64,000 nucleotides of DNA from Rhizodiscina lignyota (GCA_010015805.1 ML978130.1:1240001-1304000), one strand, 5' to 3'; positions 1 through 14,100 are shown, numbered from the stretch's first letter. Notes: generated by a model not told the origin, from the sequence alone. Translations and numbers: made by a program.

Positions 1-130
1 GGAACAACATCAGAAACTTCGACGCTCAACTGGACCTGTTGAGACGTAATGCAAAGGGCACCAGGGAGTGAGTAAACTGTACCGTATCCCCTAAAAGCAC
101 ACGCTAAAGACTAGTCCATATTGGCACTAG
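1..130 (+). CDS. 3' end of a gene entering from the left edge, product unknown
   Basis: Open frame from base 3 (NNIRNFDAQLDLLRRNAKGTR), GTGAGT donor at 68, GCTAA branch-like site, TAG acceptor at 114, short last exon ending DPYWH-stop at 130. Confidence 0.35.
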
Positions 131-746
131 CTCAGGCCAAAGTATCTGTTTCGGTTTCACCGGCCCAAAGCCTTCGAGGCATCAGTCTTCCTCACCAACT
201 TTCGCCTCCCCTGGAGCACAGCTACCCATCTGTCACACTTTCTGGTGCGCTTCAGTGCGTCCATCATCCTCTCCTGCGGAGAGCCGATGTCGCGCTTGAA
301 GCGTGCGCGTGGCTATGGAAGCCTCGACGGGGATCAATCATCACAGCATCAAAATATTGCGCCCGAAACGAAGGAAAAGGCACGTTCCTTGAGATCTCCA
401 GTTAATTGGACTCTCTCACCATGAAGAACGATTTATATGTTCCGTCCTAAGCAGCGCATTTCGTGATGGTTCATCTTGCGGGCGCAAGCTCCACCTCAAT
501 GCGCCCTCGATGGCGTCCGAACTGAGACTCGGGCATCTCACCCTTACGCACCAAGCACTCTCTTTAGTCTCAAACAAAGGAGAAGGGAAGCACGATTTCA
601 CATTTCTGGACCTTAATTTTGCAAAGCTAACATTCCTTTATAATTGCCCGTACCTCATGCGCGAAACATCTTGGACCAAAGATGTACTGAGAATACTTAG
701 GCTAATATTAATGTCACCAGCTTTCAAGCCCTAGTAGCGCAAACGA

Positions 747-1283
747 TCATTGCACTGTACATCCCCTTCGATCCTTTCCAGATCCTTCTCCTTCTTTCTC
801 CGTTCCATTTGAGTTAATACTGCTGTTCTTTTCGCCGTGATCAAATTTCTTGATCCCGTAGATCAGCTTCGCGTCCTTGTTTTGTCGCAACAGAGCCCGA
901 CATGCCTGCCACCCATCCTCGTCGTCGATCCGAATCGATTCTGATCTGTGGAAGTAGCAGACGACCATATTGACCGTCGGGTTGCCTTGGAGATGCAGCT
1001 TCTCTGAGTGCTTAAGTGCACGCTTAATCAATAGCTGTTCCAACTCCGCAAAGGTCATTCGTGCTGTTATCACGATCGCGTCTCGTTTCATCTGGTACTT
1101 CTTGGTCTTTGGCAATTTCCATTTGCCGTCTGGCTCGTAGACTACGAATGAGACTACGCATGGTTCACCATCTTCGTCGGTGATGTTGTGATTGTTCGAA
1201 TGAGTTGTATTGTGCTTTGTGGAGATCTTCGTTGATTCTTTGTCGGCGCCTTCGTAGGCTGGTGGTGCATCTGGTTCAACCAT
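747..1283 (-). CDS. Hypothetical 178-aa protein with N-terminal PPAY motif and C-terminal CaaX box
   Basis: ATG-started intronless ORF; PPAY at residues 7-10; ends GKDRRGCTVQ-stop. Confidence 0.7.
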   Translation of the reverse strand: MVEPDAPPAYEGADKESTKISTKHNTTHSNNHNITDEDGEPCVVSFVVYEPDGKWKLPKTKKYQMKRDAIVITARMTFAELEQLLIKRALKHSEKLHLQGNPTVNMVVCYFHRSESIRIDDEDGWQACRALLRQNKDAKLIYGIKKFDHGEKNSSINSNGTEKEGEGSGKDRRGCTVQ

Positions 1284-2040
1284 TATATCCCAAAGAATTT
1301 TAGACCACGTATGTCGTGTATTCTAGACAAGGAAAGACTGGTTAATTAAGTTGATAGAAACAAGCCTTACGCTATGGTAAAGCTATTTGGGCCAATATCG
1401 AAATTAGAAAAATCCGATAGATGAAGGGCTCTGAATTACATACTGGAAACCTGCATAGAATGTGACGACATTTCTTGCACCCTTTGACCGGTGAATACCT
1501 TTCATGACGAATCATCATCAATGCTCCTCCTGCTGCTGCTTACAAGGGTACCATTCCTGACATTAATAGTTAATTTAGATTTGTTCAGAAATGGGCGTTA
1601 TTTGGCCTTCAACCACATGTTTTCTGTGCCGTAGAATGTTCGTGAGCCTGTCCGAAAGTCTGTTGAGCATAAATAAAGCGAAATCCCCCTTGAGATGCCG
1701 GAATTAGGAAATATCGTTATGATGATCGGGATCGCCATGTGATGACGGGATCTTGTCCATATTCTCCGCCCAGTCAGTGCTGGACATGGGTCTCGCACAG
1801 CCACACAGCCACGATCCTTCTCGATTTTCTCCGTACGTGCTTGAGCTCTCCACCCGAACTCAAGCGCGATAGGAGTTGGTTAAATTTTTGTCTTTGCACC
1901 ACACTCCTCCAAACTTAATGCAAATGTCGTTCCGTCCGTTCTCCAACAATAAACTTGGACGCAAGCTACTCTCTCGCCTGTCCGGAAGCCTATGAGGAAG
2001 ACTTCAAAGGTACAGCCGGTATCAGTGACAACATCACGCT

Positions 2041-3588
2041 ATGAATAATGCAGCACATTGCAATAAACTCGCAAACTTCACCAATTCAACAGTCATTCAA
2101 TCATGGATGAACCAACCCAACGCCTCCGATGTAATAGTAGCCCAGGTTACCGAACTCATTGGAGAATGCCCAGCGGTATGCGACACAGTTTACGGGAACG
2201 GCAACCCAGATATGAGCGGGATCGGCGTCTTTATTTCATTCATGGTTCAGGCTGCATACTTTGTGCTGTATAGACCAGTGCTGGGCATCATATTTCTCCT
2301 GATCCCTCAGCGGCATTTGACGGCCAGGGCGAAGCTGAACCTGAAACGGGTCAAGAATCTGTCAGAAGCAATACACGGCACGAGTATATTTCTGACCTTT
2401 AGCACTCTTGTCGCCGGGTCTGTCCGCATCAAACAGTCGCCTCCTGAGTATGAAGTGATATTCCTCTTCCGGTTGTCAAGATATCTCTTCCATCTCGGCC
2501 AATCCTCCTTCATAGTGTCATGCAGCTTCGCTTGTGGTCCCACACGAAGCCGCTATGACAGATGGTACGATCTCTTGGAATTTATAAATACGATTCTGGC
2601 GAACTATGTCAACACCGCTGCATCAAGGCTCCCTCCGAATGTAATGCTTTGGAAATTCGTCTCTCTCATCTGTGCCAAAGACCACCATTTTCCGGCTCCA
2701 ACTTCCTCGAATCAGCCCGTAATGTTGTCTTGGCCAGTTTATCCAGCGGTACACATCACACTTTTCGTAGCTTTGTTTATCGGCGGAATTCTCCTGGCTT
2801 TATTCTTTTCATGGAATAAATGGAAGATCTATGTACTCGTCGGACGTATCTTCAAGGACGGGACAGTTCGTATGATGTTCTTCGGCGCATACAATCTACT
2901 CGTTATTACCTTAACGATACATAACGCATACGAACTTTACGATATTCGATCGAAGATGCTGGCACTGGATCCGGTTGCTGATTCAGACAATGAGTGGAGT
3001 TTCGGTCAAGTTACCGCAGTTCTTCTCTGGGTCCCAATTACGTTGTGGATGGTGCGTAATCTTCTCAGGCTGTTGCCATGGCTGGATATTTTGGCTTGGA
3101 TTATAAAATGTCTTCGGCCGCCAAGGCAAGACCAAGCGAATCCGGACGACGACGAGTCACAAGGTTGGACTCTCTCGGATTCCTATACTTGTATGTCATT
3201 CACTAGGATCCCACTGATGGATGACGGAGAGAGAAGATACTGACCTCTTCTAGTTGGGACAACATTTGCTGCCATAATGATAAACGTGTACCTAGATTCA
3301 GTCGATCCATGTCACGCGGAGGAATCCAAGGACAAGGAGAGAGCTTCACCGCCTCCTCCGTCTGATGAAGAACAGGCCAGCCAAAGTAGAGATGAGATTC
3401 GAGATGTTACAATGAGTGGTGCTCTCGCCGATCGAAGCCGCAATGGGGAAGGAGAAAATACAGATGCTGAAATCGATGCCGAGCACGTTCATGGTGGAGA
3501 TTCAAGCGTGACCAATTCTTATCCTCTTCGAACATTGCCTCCAAGTTCTCTGCAGCGTCGGCAGCTAACCAGGCGAGCAACTGGTTAA
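2041..3588 (+). CDS. Multi-pass membrane protein of unknown function (fungal NPDxxGIGV / WSFGQV type)
   Basis: Several hydrophobic segments; motifs GNGNPDMSGIGV and NEWSFGQVTAVLLW. Intron 3191-3253 (GTATGT...TACTGAC...TAG) joins the 400-aa ORF in frame to the 3277-3588 ORF. Confidence 0.75.
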
Positions 3589-3931
3589 CCTTAGAGACCA
3601 GACGGAGAGGCAGGATTCCGTTTGTTTTATCGTCACGGGACAAGCTTTCAATTATTGCGTAAAGCCGTGGAATCTTGGCCATTTTATCTGAATTTTCGTC
3701 ACGATTGAACAGCTCTTCGAATATTTGTTTGTGGGGCGCCCTTTTAAACTTCAAGGTCAATCATTGGTCAATATGTTCCGAAAAGGGTCGCGGCTTGCAT
3801 TGCTTGCGCCCTCTTCAGCCTTTAGCGCCCCCTCCATCGTCTGACTTCTCATATTAGCAGTCGCATGCCACAAATTTCTTGGTCGATTTTGCTACTCTTT
3901 TCTCCTGGCAGAACGTCTTCCTACAATCGCC

Positions 3932-4729
3932 ATGGATCAAACCCGCGGTGTAAACCATCTTGCGGACGGCCCAGCGTCACCCAAAATGCAGAACGAACAC
4001 CATTTGAATGATACGCTCGCCAACAACCTTGAATTCGACGAAGACTTCTTCAATTCCATTATCGATTGGGAGCCTCTTCCAGGAGCTCAACAGCAATCCT
4101 CCCTTGCGGAAAGCAGTGTCATTAACAACCTGCCTCTTCCGAACGACTTCACGTCTTTAGCTGATGCGAACAACATCACGAACTTCAACTTCGAAGATCT
4201 TGACTTTCAGCAGCATGAGATGTTCGTACCGGACCAGATGCTGCCGAATCTCTTCTCTGCGGCTCAATCTGGGGGATTTGTGCACGCAGATGCGTCTGGC
4301 CAATTGGGTGCCACGCCCTTCTCAGGGGCCGTCATGCACGAAGCCTTACAGCAAGGCAACGGGGCGATGAATCTAGACCAATCTACACCCGCATCTGGCG
4401 CCACAACTGGCGCTGATGTCGGTGAGTAATTTTTTTTGCCTCCATTGCTAACTGAAATATATAAAGCCCTCGAAATCACCAGCAAAGAACCATTCTGCGT
4501 AAGCGAAGCACGCTGCAAATGGGCAGGCTGCGACAAGATATTCACCCGGCACAGCGACGCACAACGGCATTGGGATACTATCCATATGCAAAGGGACAAA
4601 TATTGGTGCCCTATCGCTGGCTGCCGTCGCAGTCAATTTGGCGGTGAAATGCAAGGCGAAGGCAGGCATTTCCCACGTAAGGACAAACGAGACGATCATG
4701 TTAGAAAGGTTCATCGTCTTCATGCCTGA
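3932..4729 (+). CDS. C2H2 zinc-finger transcription factor (two C-terminal fingers, acidic N-terminus)
   Basis: Exons 3932-4421 and 4467-4729 (GTGAGT...GCTAAC...AAG). Fingers CKWAGCDKIFTRHSDAQRHWDTIH and CPIAGC...FPRKDKRDDHVRKVH. Confidence 0.85.
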
Positions 4730-5139
4730 TAGATCAAGGTTCTTAGCTTATTGTGGAAGATGTCTCTTAATTCTTCTGCTGCTGCATGATTGTAGTTGCA
4801 CGAGTATAACCCTCTCACAAGACCTTAAAGGAAGAAATTGAATTCATATGGATTATCCAATTCAGATCGAGAATTTTGTATAGCATAACTTCATTTGTAA
4901 CACTGTGTGTTCTTACATCCATGAGAAGTCGTTGAATTATTGGCCTCCAGTCTCCGAATAAGCCCCATGATACATATACGAGAATAGAGTAGCAAACTGA
5001 TATCTCTTCAGCCTTGCCTGTATGCCCCTTTTCAAGCATGCACACATATATAATTCTACAGCCCCGGGTTCTCAATTTTATCTCTTTCTCCTTCATGTAA
5101 CATCCCTCTTGTCTCTTGCTAATCTCACAGTTTTCCATC

Positions 5140-5773
5140 ATGAACTTCGCCAACCGGTTTATCATTCCCCAGGACATGAGCATGGATCAATTCACGAAGC
5201 CGTACTCCATTGCACCGCAGACGGACGATGAAGCTTTTTGGCTTCAGTATCTCAGAGATCAGCCTCTGGATAGCTCTATAGGTGACAGCCTTGCGGCTCA
5301 GCCGGGCGTTGACTCTTCCATCCATGGAGACATTGCCAACCAGTCAGAGGCCTCGCCTTTTTCTGCAGGCCTCCTGCAGCCTTCCTTCCAAAAAAGCAGC
5401 GGACTACGTCAGCTTTGGTGAACTAACTTCCTCGAGCGTCTTTCAAGCACCTGGACCCATCCTAGCCTCAGTCGATGTGCCTCGCACGGAGTCCAGCGAG
5501 CCCAACAATCATAGCCTTGATACTTTTAATGCCCCGCCCTCTTTTATTGATTTGGCATATAGTGCTCATGCAGGAAGCAATAAGGCGAGGCGGTAAGTTT
5601 TTAAAAAGAAAATAGGCTAAAAATCCTTGGTGGTTTAAATACAATCATCTCACCCACCCGATTTGCCTGTCATGCTGGGCCGCACTGCACGAAGAGTTTA
5701 GACTGACCTCCAGAGGCACTACAACAACATCCACCACATGAACCATTTGCATCTATCTCACCACGCATCTTAG
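5140..5773 (+). pseudogene. Decayed C2H2 zinc-finger gene, probable tandem paralog of 3932-4729
   Basis: Acidic N-terminal ORF shifts frame near an A-run at about 5390; GTAAGT donor at about 5593; then RFACHAGPHCTKS (5659-5697) and, in another frame, TDLQRHYNNIH (5702-5734), i.e. a frameshifted finger. Confidence 0.65.
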
Positions 5774-7505
5774 TGACTATATCTAAATGACAAATCTTCC
5801 TTGTCGGTCACATCATGGCCTTTCTCATAGCTTTGCTGGAAGCCAAGCTGATCCCTCCGTGTGTTTTCTCTCTGACAAAGCCACCAGTATGCCGACGTTG
5901 TACAAATCAGCACACACCATGTGACCAAGCCCAAAATCACACCCTTTCTATACGTAGGCGGCTCAGTCCATGCCTGTGGTGCCCCAATATTACCTACACA
6001 GTAGCCAATGAAGAACATCGTGTTAGTGACCGCCCTTTTAGTGTTGCCTTTGACGTTGGAGGCGAATAACGATAGTAGTACCGACATAATCGTACTAATA
6101 CAGGAGGCAAACCAAGATGCCACGATGAGGCCCCAGCCACCCCTAGAGGAGCTAGGCAGCTTGAAGAGTAAGATATTTCCAGCGAAAGGTGGTATGGTGA
6201 GGGCAAGGATAACTGCGCAACGGTTCCGTGGGAAGAAGTAACAGCCTAGGACGCCGACCCAAATCATAAGGGCTTGAAGAGCGCCTGAGGGCGAGGTATA
6301 GAGCATCGTCTGAAGGCTACTATAGCCGATATTGCTAATAACGAGGGAGGCGAACTGGGGGACGGTTTTAGTCAAGGCGAAGTAGGAAGAGAGAAGACTT
6401 ACTATTAGCACCGGAGCCTGGCATGTAACTAAGATGCCGAAGAAGAAGACGAACCAGGATCGGATATCCATGATGGTCTCCCTCAATTGACGTAACGAGA
6501 AATTGGTCTTATCACCACCGTCATGATCGAGTGCCATCCTAGCAATAAGTACCTCCTTCTCCCTCTTATTCAAGAACCAGGCCTTCTCTGGTGAGCCGGG
6601 GAATAAGAGGAAGAATATAACACCAAAGAAGGATGTAGCACCTCCACACACCTATAGTTATGAAATGCACGTTAGCAAAACACCTAAATCAAGAGACTGT
6701 ACTGCAAGAGTACATACAAGGAATAGCACTCTCCATGATGCTATAGCGAAGTGTCCGTTCTTTGCAATTCCATACATCATAAGGCTCCCACAAATCTGCG
6801 CCAGGGCATTCATAGTAACCCAGCATCCAACCCGGGCAGCGTGCTCGCTTTGGCGGTACCAGATACTACTAAGAGTTACAAACGCAGGAGATACGGCGCC
6901 CTCGGCGAATCCGAGGAGGAATCGGACAGTGGCGAAGCCAGCGAAAGTCTTTGGTATAGCCAAGCACCTGGGCTCGTAAAGTGCAAGTTAGAAACTTTCC
7001 AAAAGCGTAAAAGTCAAACTGTCTATCGAGGGGGACGCACATGCATATGCCACCCCAGACAACGATCGTTACCCCGACGAAGCGTGAGAGAGGTAGCCGG
7101 GACTGTAGATAGATGAAAGGATATTCAGAGATGAGCTGGCCAACGTAGAAAATAGCGGAGGTCCACGAGTATTGGTGCGACGTCAGGTTCAGGTCGCTAA
7201 TCATACCAAAGACAGCGGCGTAGGAGAGGCTCTGCTTGTCGAGGTACTGAAGAAAGAAGACTATGCAGAGCTGCCACGGATCAGATCTTTGGTACAGACG
7301 AATTATAATCAAAGCGCCTCACCAATGGCAAAATTGTAAAATCCATCTTCCTCACGATCCGCCTCTCCTCCTCCTTCGTGTAGGGCAACTCAATCGCAAC
7401 TCCATTCTCAGTCACAGCGGTCTCTCTCACCCCATCAATGTTCATGCCCTTCTCTGATGCTCCTCCACTGACATTAACGGCGGTCTCAGAAGTTTTTCCG
7501 TCCAT
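5770..7505 (-). CDS. MFS transporter, allantoate permease (Dal5)/anion:cation symporter family
   Basis: Multi-exon. Motifs RKMDFTILP, QYLDKQSLSYAAVFG, RFLLGFAEGAV, PEKAWFLNKREK, SNVKGNTKR, DVTDKEDLSFRY. Confidence 0.9.
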
Positions 7506-8442
7506 GGCGTATCAAATAATGCATACGTTGAGGATCAAAATTTCGCTTATTAACAGGGTTGAAAAGCTGGTCTACAGGTTTCATTTAATAAACCAGTTCC
7601 TGCAGGAGCTCGCTATCGAGATAAATACTCGGCTACAACTCCGGACAAGGAAGGTTTGGTGTTCTAGATAAGAGAGGACGTGGCGATCATGACACTGAGG
7701 TCGAAGCGCGGCAGCAAGCTTGCGAATGCCATCAATGTCCATGGTGTCATGGTGGTAGGATCAGTGTGCGCACGAACTAATACGTTCTTGATTTAGGTAA
7801 GTTTGGGTCCAGAGCCTCCGTTCAACATCAATATCGGTAGATCCACCAGTTCATCGTTCAGTCGTTCTTGGACAAGTGAGGTAGGAGTGATCCCGCTAGC
7901 AAGATATCCTCGATAAGCAAAGAGTAATAGTGGTCTTAACGAAAGTGAATTTCGGGTAAAGTTGACTGGAAATTCTAACAAGGATAGTTCGGCGTGCGCC
8001 GTAGAATTGGATCTTTCTAGCGGAGTTTAGACGTACCTCCGTAGGAGCGAGTTGAGGGTGAGCGCCCCAAGCTGTGGCGGTGCAGACTGAGCGGCAGGGT
8101 TGAGCCGGACGTAAAATCCCACAGCGTTACGAGTGGAGGATACGGCGCTAACTCGACAGCACAGCGACAGGGAAGCGGAAAGAGATCACTTGAGTCCACA
8201 TTTACGCGAGCATACTCCTGCAGTCCCGAGTCCTCATTTTCTATCTCTTCCTCCTCCTTCACACAACATCCATTCTTGTCTCTTGCCAGCCTTGGCGGCA
8301 CCTGTTACTATGCTCATTGTCTCAGGCGCTAGGCTCTGCACAGCATCTACCGGTACGGCGATACGCCGCCCACAGGATCAGACAAGGCATGGTATGTCTC
8401 CCTGAGATCAATGAACAAGCCGAACACAGCATACCAATGCTC

Positions 8443-10074
8443 TCACTGTATGTAGCGACTTCTCGCCCTTAATTTAGGGCCCCAATAATAGAGGACGAAG
8501 GGCACAGGAAGTACAGCAATGCTAACGAATGCCCAAAATGACATGGCCCACTTGAATGTCAACTTATCGATCATTTGCACTGAAAACAGCGGGACAACCG
8601 ACGAGCAGCCAAAACGAACAAAGGTGTCAGCAGCAAGCGAAGACGCTCCATAGGTCGCACCGAATGAATCGTTCTTGTAAATGGGGAGGCATATCTTGAT
8701 GAGGGTTTGAGTCAGCGCGGGTCCGCGATTAGTATTTGAGGGTGAATTTAGGTCATTGCATACCTGGACAAGGCTAAATGAGATTCCGTAGAATGCACTG
8801 GCGATAATTGGGACAATCCATGGAATGTCCGAACGAGCTGTCCAAGCGAACCTCGAGCAGAATTAGAATGCGAATGCACAAATCATGAGACGAATGCTTA
8901 CCAGAACAGTGACACAGGACCAAGCACGCTGCCAAGCATGGCCCCCCATAATCGTTCTTCGGGCACTCGGTCGTATCCGTTTGGTTCCGTTTCTGCTTTG
9001 AGGAGCGCTGGCTGATATCTTACTTTTGTGAGAAAGATCGCTATTGGGAGAGCGAGGAAACTCCCGACGAACAGTCCCAGGAACGCCATTCCGACTGAGT
9101 AGAGGGAGAAGTTGTACTGGCTTTGCAGTATAACAGGAAAAGCAAGGTAAAAGAAAAAGAGGACCACCTGTGAGATGGTAACAAGCATTGCCGTTGGGAG
9201 GACAATGGGTTCAAAAATCAACATATGGAGCGGTCGAGACAACGTGGGAATGAGTACATCCTGTATCTTCGGCCTCGGCTTGCCGGCTCGCCTGCGAATG
9301 ATTTCAGGCTGGAATGTTTCTGGCACGGGGATTGCTGTGACGAGTGCTACAGCCAAAAGTATGGCAGAGAGCCAGAAAGTCCAGCGCCAGTCTCGGTCTC
9401 GAACTATTGCCGCTCCCATTGCCGGCCCAACTTCCGAAACCCACGTCAGAAGGAGCGCATAGATCAGTAGGAAGAGGTTCCCAATCAATTCTCCGCTCCT
9501 GAGGTCCCAAAGATCGTTTAATATTCCAAGCGCAATTGTAGAGCAAGGAGCTGCTGTAAGCCCGGCAAACACACGAGCTACGATCAGTGTTCGAAAGTCC
9601 GTTGCCGAGCCGCCGACTATAGTGAACGCAAGCGAAACGAGTAAGAGACCTTTGAAGAGATATTCGCGTCCGAAGAACTCGGAGCCTGCTGTGCCAATAA
9701 CTGGCCCGATGGCGAATCCGACCATGAAAAAGGTGATTGGTGATGCTGCAAAGGTCGTTGAAATGTGGAAATGTGACTGGACGCCGGGTATTGAAGCAAT
9801 GTATATCGAGTTTGCTGTATTACTGCATATCACATTTGTTATTCTGGAGATTCTCAGGAGTACAGTAAAGACTGACATCTACTCACGTCGAGAACGTCAC
9901 AACGAGTGCCACCGCTGAAAGGATTATCCGCCTGCTCCTCTTCCACTGTCTTGGATCCGTTATCGTATCCTCAGTCCTGGTAAACACCGAATCTTTGTCT
10001 TTTTCGTCCGGGGTTTCGCTCTTCAGCGGAACCATCGTGGTAGCGGTGATCGGAGAAGACTCCTGTGATTCCAT
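8443..10074 (-). CDS. MFS drug:H+ antiporter (DHA1-type) efflux transporter
   Basis: Multi-exon. Motifs DPRQW, SEFFGR, WRWTFW, PETFQP, RPLHMLIFEPIV, PEERL; last exon ends YYWGPKLRARSRYIQ-TGA at 8443. Confidence 0.88.
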
Positions 10075-11189
10075 TTAGCAGATGCCGTGGCTTTCCGGAA
10101 TTCGATTGTGGTTTGGTCAAGGAGACTTGATAGACTCCAATCGTACTCATGTACGGCGTGGGTAAAGAGGACGGTCTGAACGTGGAGTAAACCACCGGAC
10201 GGTAATGAGACCACACATTAGCGCGGTCTGAAGCAAATCTTTTTCATTTGAGTCAGCAATCGGATCGGGGGTTTAAGAAAGCATCTGTCATTTACAGCCA
10301 AGAGCCAGCTTGAGATAATTGTTGACGAGTAGCATTGTGAAGTGAATCTTGATAACTGGGGCTTAGGATATGGAGCGCTATGGCGTTCCTAATTGAAGCA
10401 TTGTTGATCTCACTGGTTGCTCTTTTAGGAGAGATGTTTCGCCATTACTACCAGGTATCGTAAGCAGATTAAATTCTGATCAAATACGCATGCTTTGGCG
10501 ACTTTTCCTTCCAAGTCGGCTACCACCTTACGAGGTATAACGCTATCCTTAATGCAAAACTGATAGGCGGTTGGGAAAAGCGGCTATGTTCCCATTTTGT
10601 ACCTAGCGTGACTTCAATCTTACGTTAGCAGCCAAGACAACATATGATGGCGGCGTATCGGAGGATTCTCCCTGCGTTACAATAAACTTAATTGAGACCG
10701 CCACGGAGTTCACAGCCGTGGAACTGGTTTTGCGATGACTGGTGGACTCTTTCAACACTTTAGATCTACCTCAGAGCAATGCCTCGGGTAAGGGTGAGAC
10801 CTCCTAGTGAAGTACCTCCCTCTCCTAAATTTGGCCCATGCTGTACCTAAGACGGGACTATGTTGACATTGCCAGCTCGTACAAGTTATCTGCAACTTCC
10901 TCAAGAGGTATCCACGCTCGCATGCTATGTTTCTGGAATCCTTGCGAGCTGCGCTATCGCTGCTTGAAGCTACCGTGTCCATGAATAATATGAAATTCAG
11001 GAGAGCAGATCACTCCGATGATGTGGCTTGCAGCAGCCGCGGCTTCATCATGAATGACATAGAAAAACATTTGCATATCTTATGCCCTTGTCTTCGTAGG
11101 GCTGGATGGTCAAAGTCAAGGTCCCGGAATATGTTTCTGCATACAACTGGAGCCCCACGATAACATTTTCAACGCTTGGAAAAGGCACG

Positions 11190-14100
11190 ATGGCTGCACC
11201 CGAGAATATGCGCACAGCTGTCGTTGGCATGGCGTGTCGAGTGCCAGGAGCAAACAGCTCAAGCAAGCTTTGGCAGAATATCATCTCAAAGAAAGACCTT
11301 CGACAAGAAATACCGCATGATCGATTTAATGTCAACGCATTTTACCATCCCAATCCGGCAAACAAGGGAACGGTACGCTCTTCCTCCGTCGAGTTGTCAG
11401 TGTCTGTAGCACAAAGATTGATGATTTCTAGATGAATACCAAATATGGATACTTCCTGGACTTTCCTATAGATCACTTCGATGCCGAGTTCTTTGGGATA
11501 TCCGGAAAAGAAGCACAATCCATGGATCCACAGCAGCGTCTGCTGCTTGAAGTTGCATATGAAGCTCTCGAGGACGCTCAAATTTCTTTGGATGAGATCA
11601 GTGGCACAAACACAGCCGTGTATTGTGGAAGCTTGAACGACGACTACCAATCCATAGCGATGGGTGACCCAGAGCAATATCCAACCCACATCGCGACTGG
11701 CGCTGGGCGTACATTTCTGGCAAACCGCATATCGTATCATTTCAATCTCCGCGGACCAAGCGTCTCAATTGATACGGCGTGCTCTTCATCGTTAATATGT
11801 TTCCACATGGGACACCAATCAATCATGTCCGGCGAGTCCGATATTGCCATTGTATGTGGCGCAAACATCATCGCGTATCCAGGCATGCCAGTCATGATGA
11901 GTGACATGGGCTTCTTTTCAAGCGATGGGCGATGCCGCAGCTTCGATGCCGACGGGAGCGGTTACGTGCGAGGTGAGGGCATCTGTGCCGTCGTCCTCCG
12001 GCGCCAGTCTCATGCACTCGAATCTCGGACTAGGATAAGAGCCATCGTAAGCGCAACTGGCTCTGGACACGATGGCAAGAAGAATACCGGGGTCACAGTC
12101 CCATCATCGGAAGCCCAGGAAGCCCTCATTCGGTCTACGTATGAAGAGGCAGATCTGGATCCTGATGATACACAGTTCATAGAGGTATTTGACCTTCCGG
12201 GTTCTTGGAAATGCGCTAATGAATTTTTAGGCACATGGCACCGGAACAAGAGCTGGGGATCCACGCGAAACACGAGCCTTGGGTGCTATATTCGGCACTT
12301 CCACAAGAGCGCACCCAATTTATCTGGGTAGTGTGAAGAGCAACCTTGGTCATCTTGAAAGTATGTTTTGTTTGAGTGTCTAAACTGCCGGAGGCTGGCT
12401 ACTGTTCCCACGGAGAATGCTGAGGCTGACTCCTGCATAACAGGTGCTGCAGGACTTGCCGGCGTCATCAAAACGGTCCTTGCACTGGAAAAGGCGATAA
12501 TACCACCACAAATGCATTTCGCGAAGCCGAATCCGGACATTCACTTTGAAGAGTGGAAGCTCGCTGTGCCCACTACTGAGCTGGAGTGGCCGCCTTCGCG
12601 AACTGGTGTTCGTCGCGCGAGTTGCAGCTCTTATGGATACGGAGGAGCCAATGCCCATGTTGTGTTGGACAGCTACAAGCCAACAGCGCACATGAAAATT
12701 AATGGAGTCAGCCATGTCAACAAATCCGGGGAGGTCAACGGAGTCGATATACCTGATGCATCCATGGAGACTCATGCGTCTATTCAACACAATGGATCTA
12801 TGTATTCCGATTCGAGAGTTCAGCCAAATCTTTTCACCAAGATGACTACCGCGACATCAAACCTTGCGGAAACGCAAAAGCGTCCTTATTTGATTCCCAT
12901 TAGCTCACATTCTCAGTCGGGCGGAGAGTTGACCAAGCAGGCTCTCAAAGCTTACATCAGTGAGAAAACTGGCCTTGATCTTCGAATGCTCTCGCACACT
13001 CTGAGTTCCAATCGGTCATTTCATCGAGTGCGCTCCTTCACTGTTGGCTCCAGTGCAAATGACATTGTCGCAGAGCTGTCCACCCCTCGAGATGCCGCAA
13101 AATGGACAACAGCGCGGCCAGAGAAACCCAACATTGGCTTTGTATTTACGGGACAAGGGGCTCAAACCTTCGATATGGGCCGTCAACTTTTGTCCTGCTC
13201 ACTGTTATTCAAATTGAGACTTGAAAAGTGTGATTCGGTATTGTCCAGTCTTCTAGATGGTCCAACCTGGAGCATTGTCCAGGAATTAAACAAGGATAAA
13301 GCGGAGAGCCGGCTCTCCAAAACTGAATTCTCGCAACCCGTCTGCACAGCACTACAGCTAGCTTTGGTTGACATGCTACGAGCTTGGGGTATTAAGCCAA
13401 AAGCAGTCTGTGGTCATTCTTCTGGTGAAATAGCAGCTGCATATGCCGCAGGCATCCTCTCATTTGAAAAAGCCATCGTCATCGCGTATTATCGTGGTGT
13501 TCACATGGGAGCTGGCCCATTGCGAGGGACGCCTGGCGCTATGATGGCTGTAGGCCTCAACGAGACCGACGCCGCGAGAGAGATGGAGCAGTACAGTGGT
13601 TCCTTAAACATTGCAGCTGTCAACAGCTCCTCGAGCATCACAGTCTCAGGAGACGCAGACTCGATCGACAATCTCCAAGAGACACTATCCGGAAGGGGTA
13701 TCTTTGCTCGCAAACTCCAAGTCGAGCAAGCCTTTCATTCGCATCATATGCGGCCTCTGGCACCTGTATACCGGAATGCCTTAGAGAGTCTCCCAGAATC
13801 TGTGCGCCAATCTGAGCCCCAACTAGACTCATGCCGAATGTTCTCTAGCGTGACTCGCAAATTGGCGGATCCCAATGGCATGGGATCTTTATACTGGGTC
13901 AACAATATGGTGTTACCTGTGTATTTCTCCGACGCTTTGACGGGAATCTTACTCGACGAAGAGGAAAATAATGTCGTCGACGTCCTTATCGAAATCGGTC
14001 CTCATCCGGCTCTCAAGGCACCATCAACCCAAGTCATTGACAGCTTACATCTGGATACTCTCTACCTTGCAACTTTGTACCGTGGAAGGCCAGCCTATGA

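Noticed and set aside
5680..5695. CCGCACTGCACGAAG resembling the repeat core
   Set aside because: Lacks AATTTTAGC and is explained by zinc-finger codons (PHCTK).
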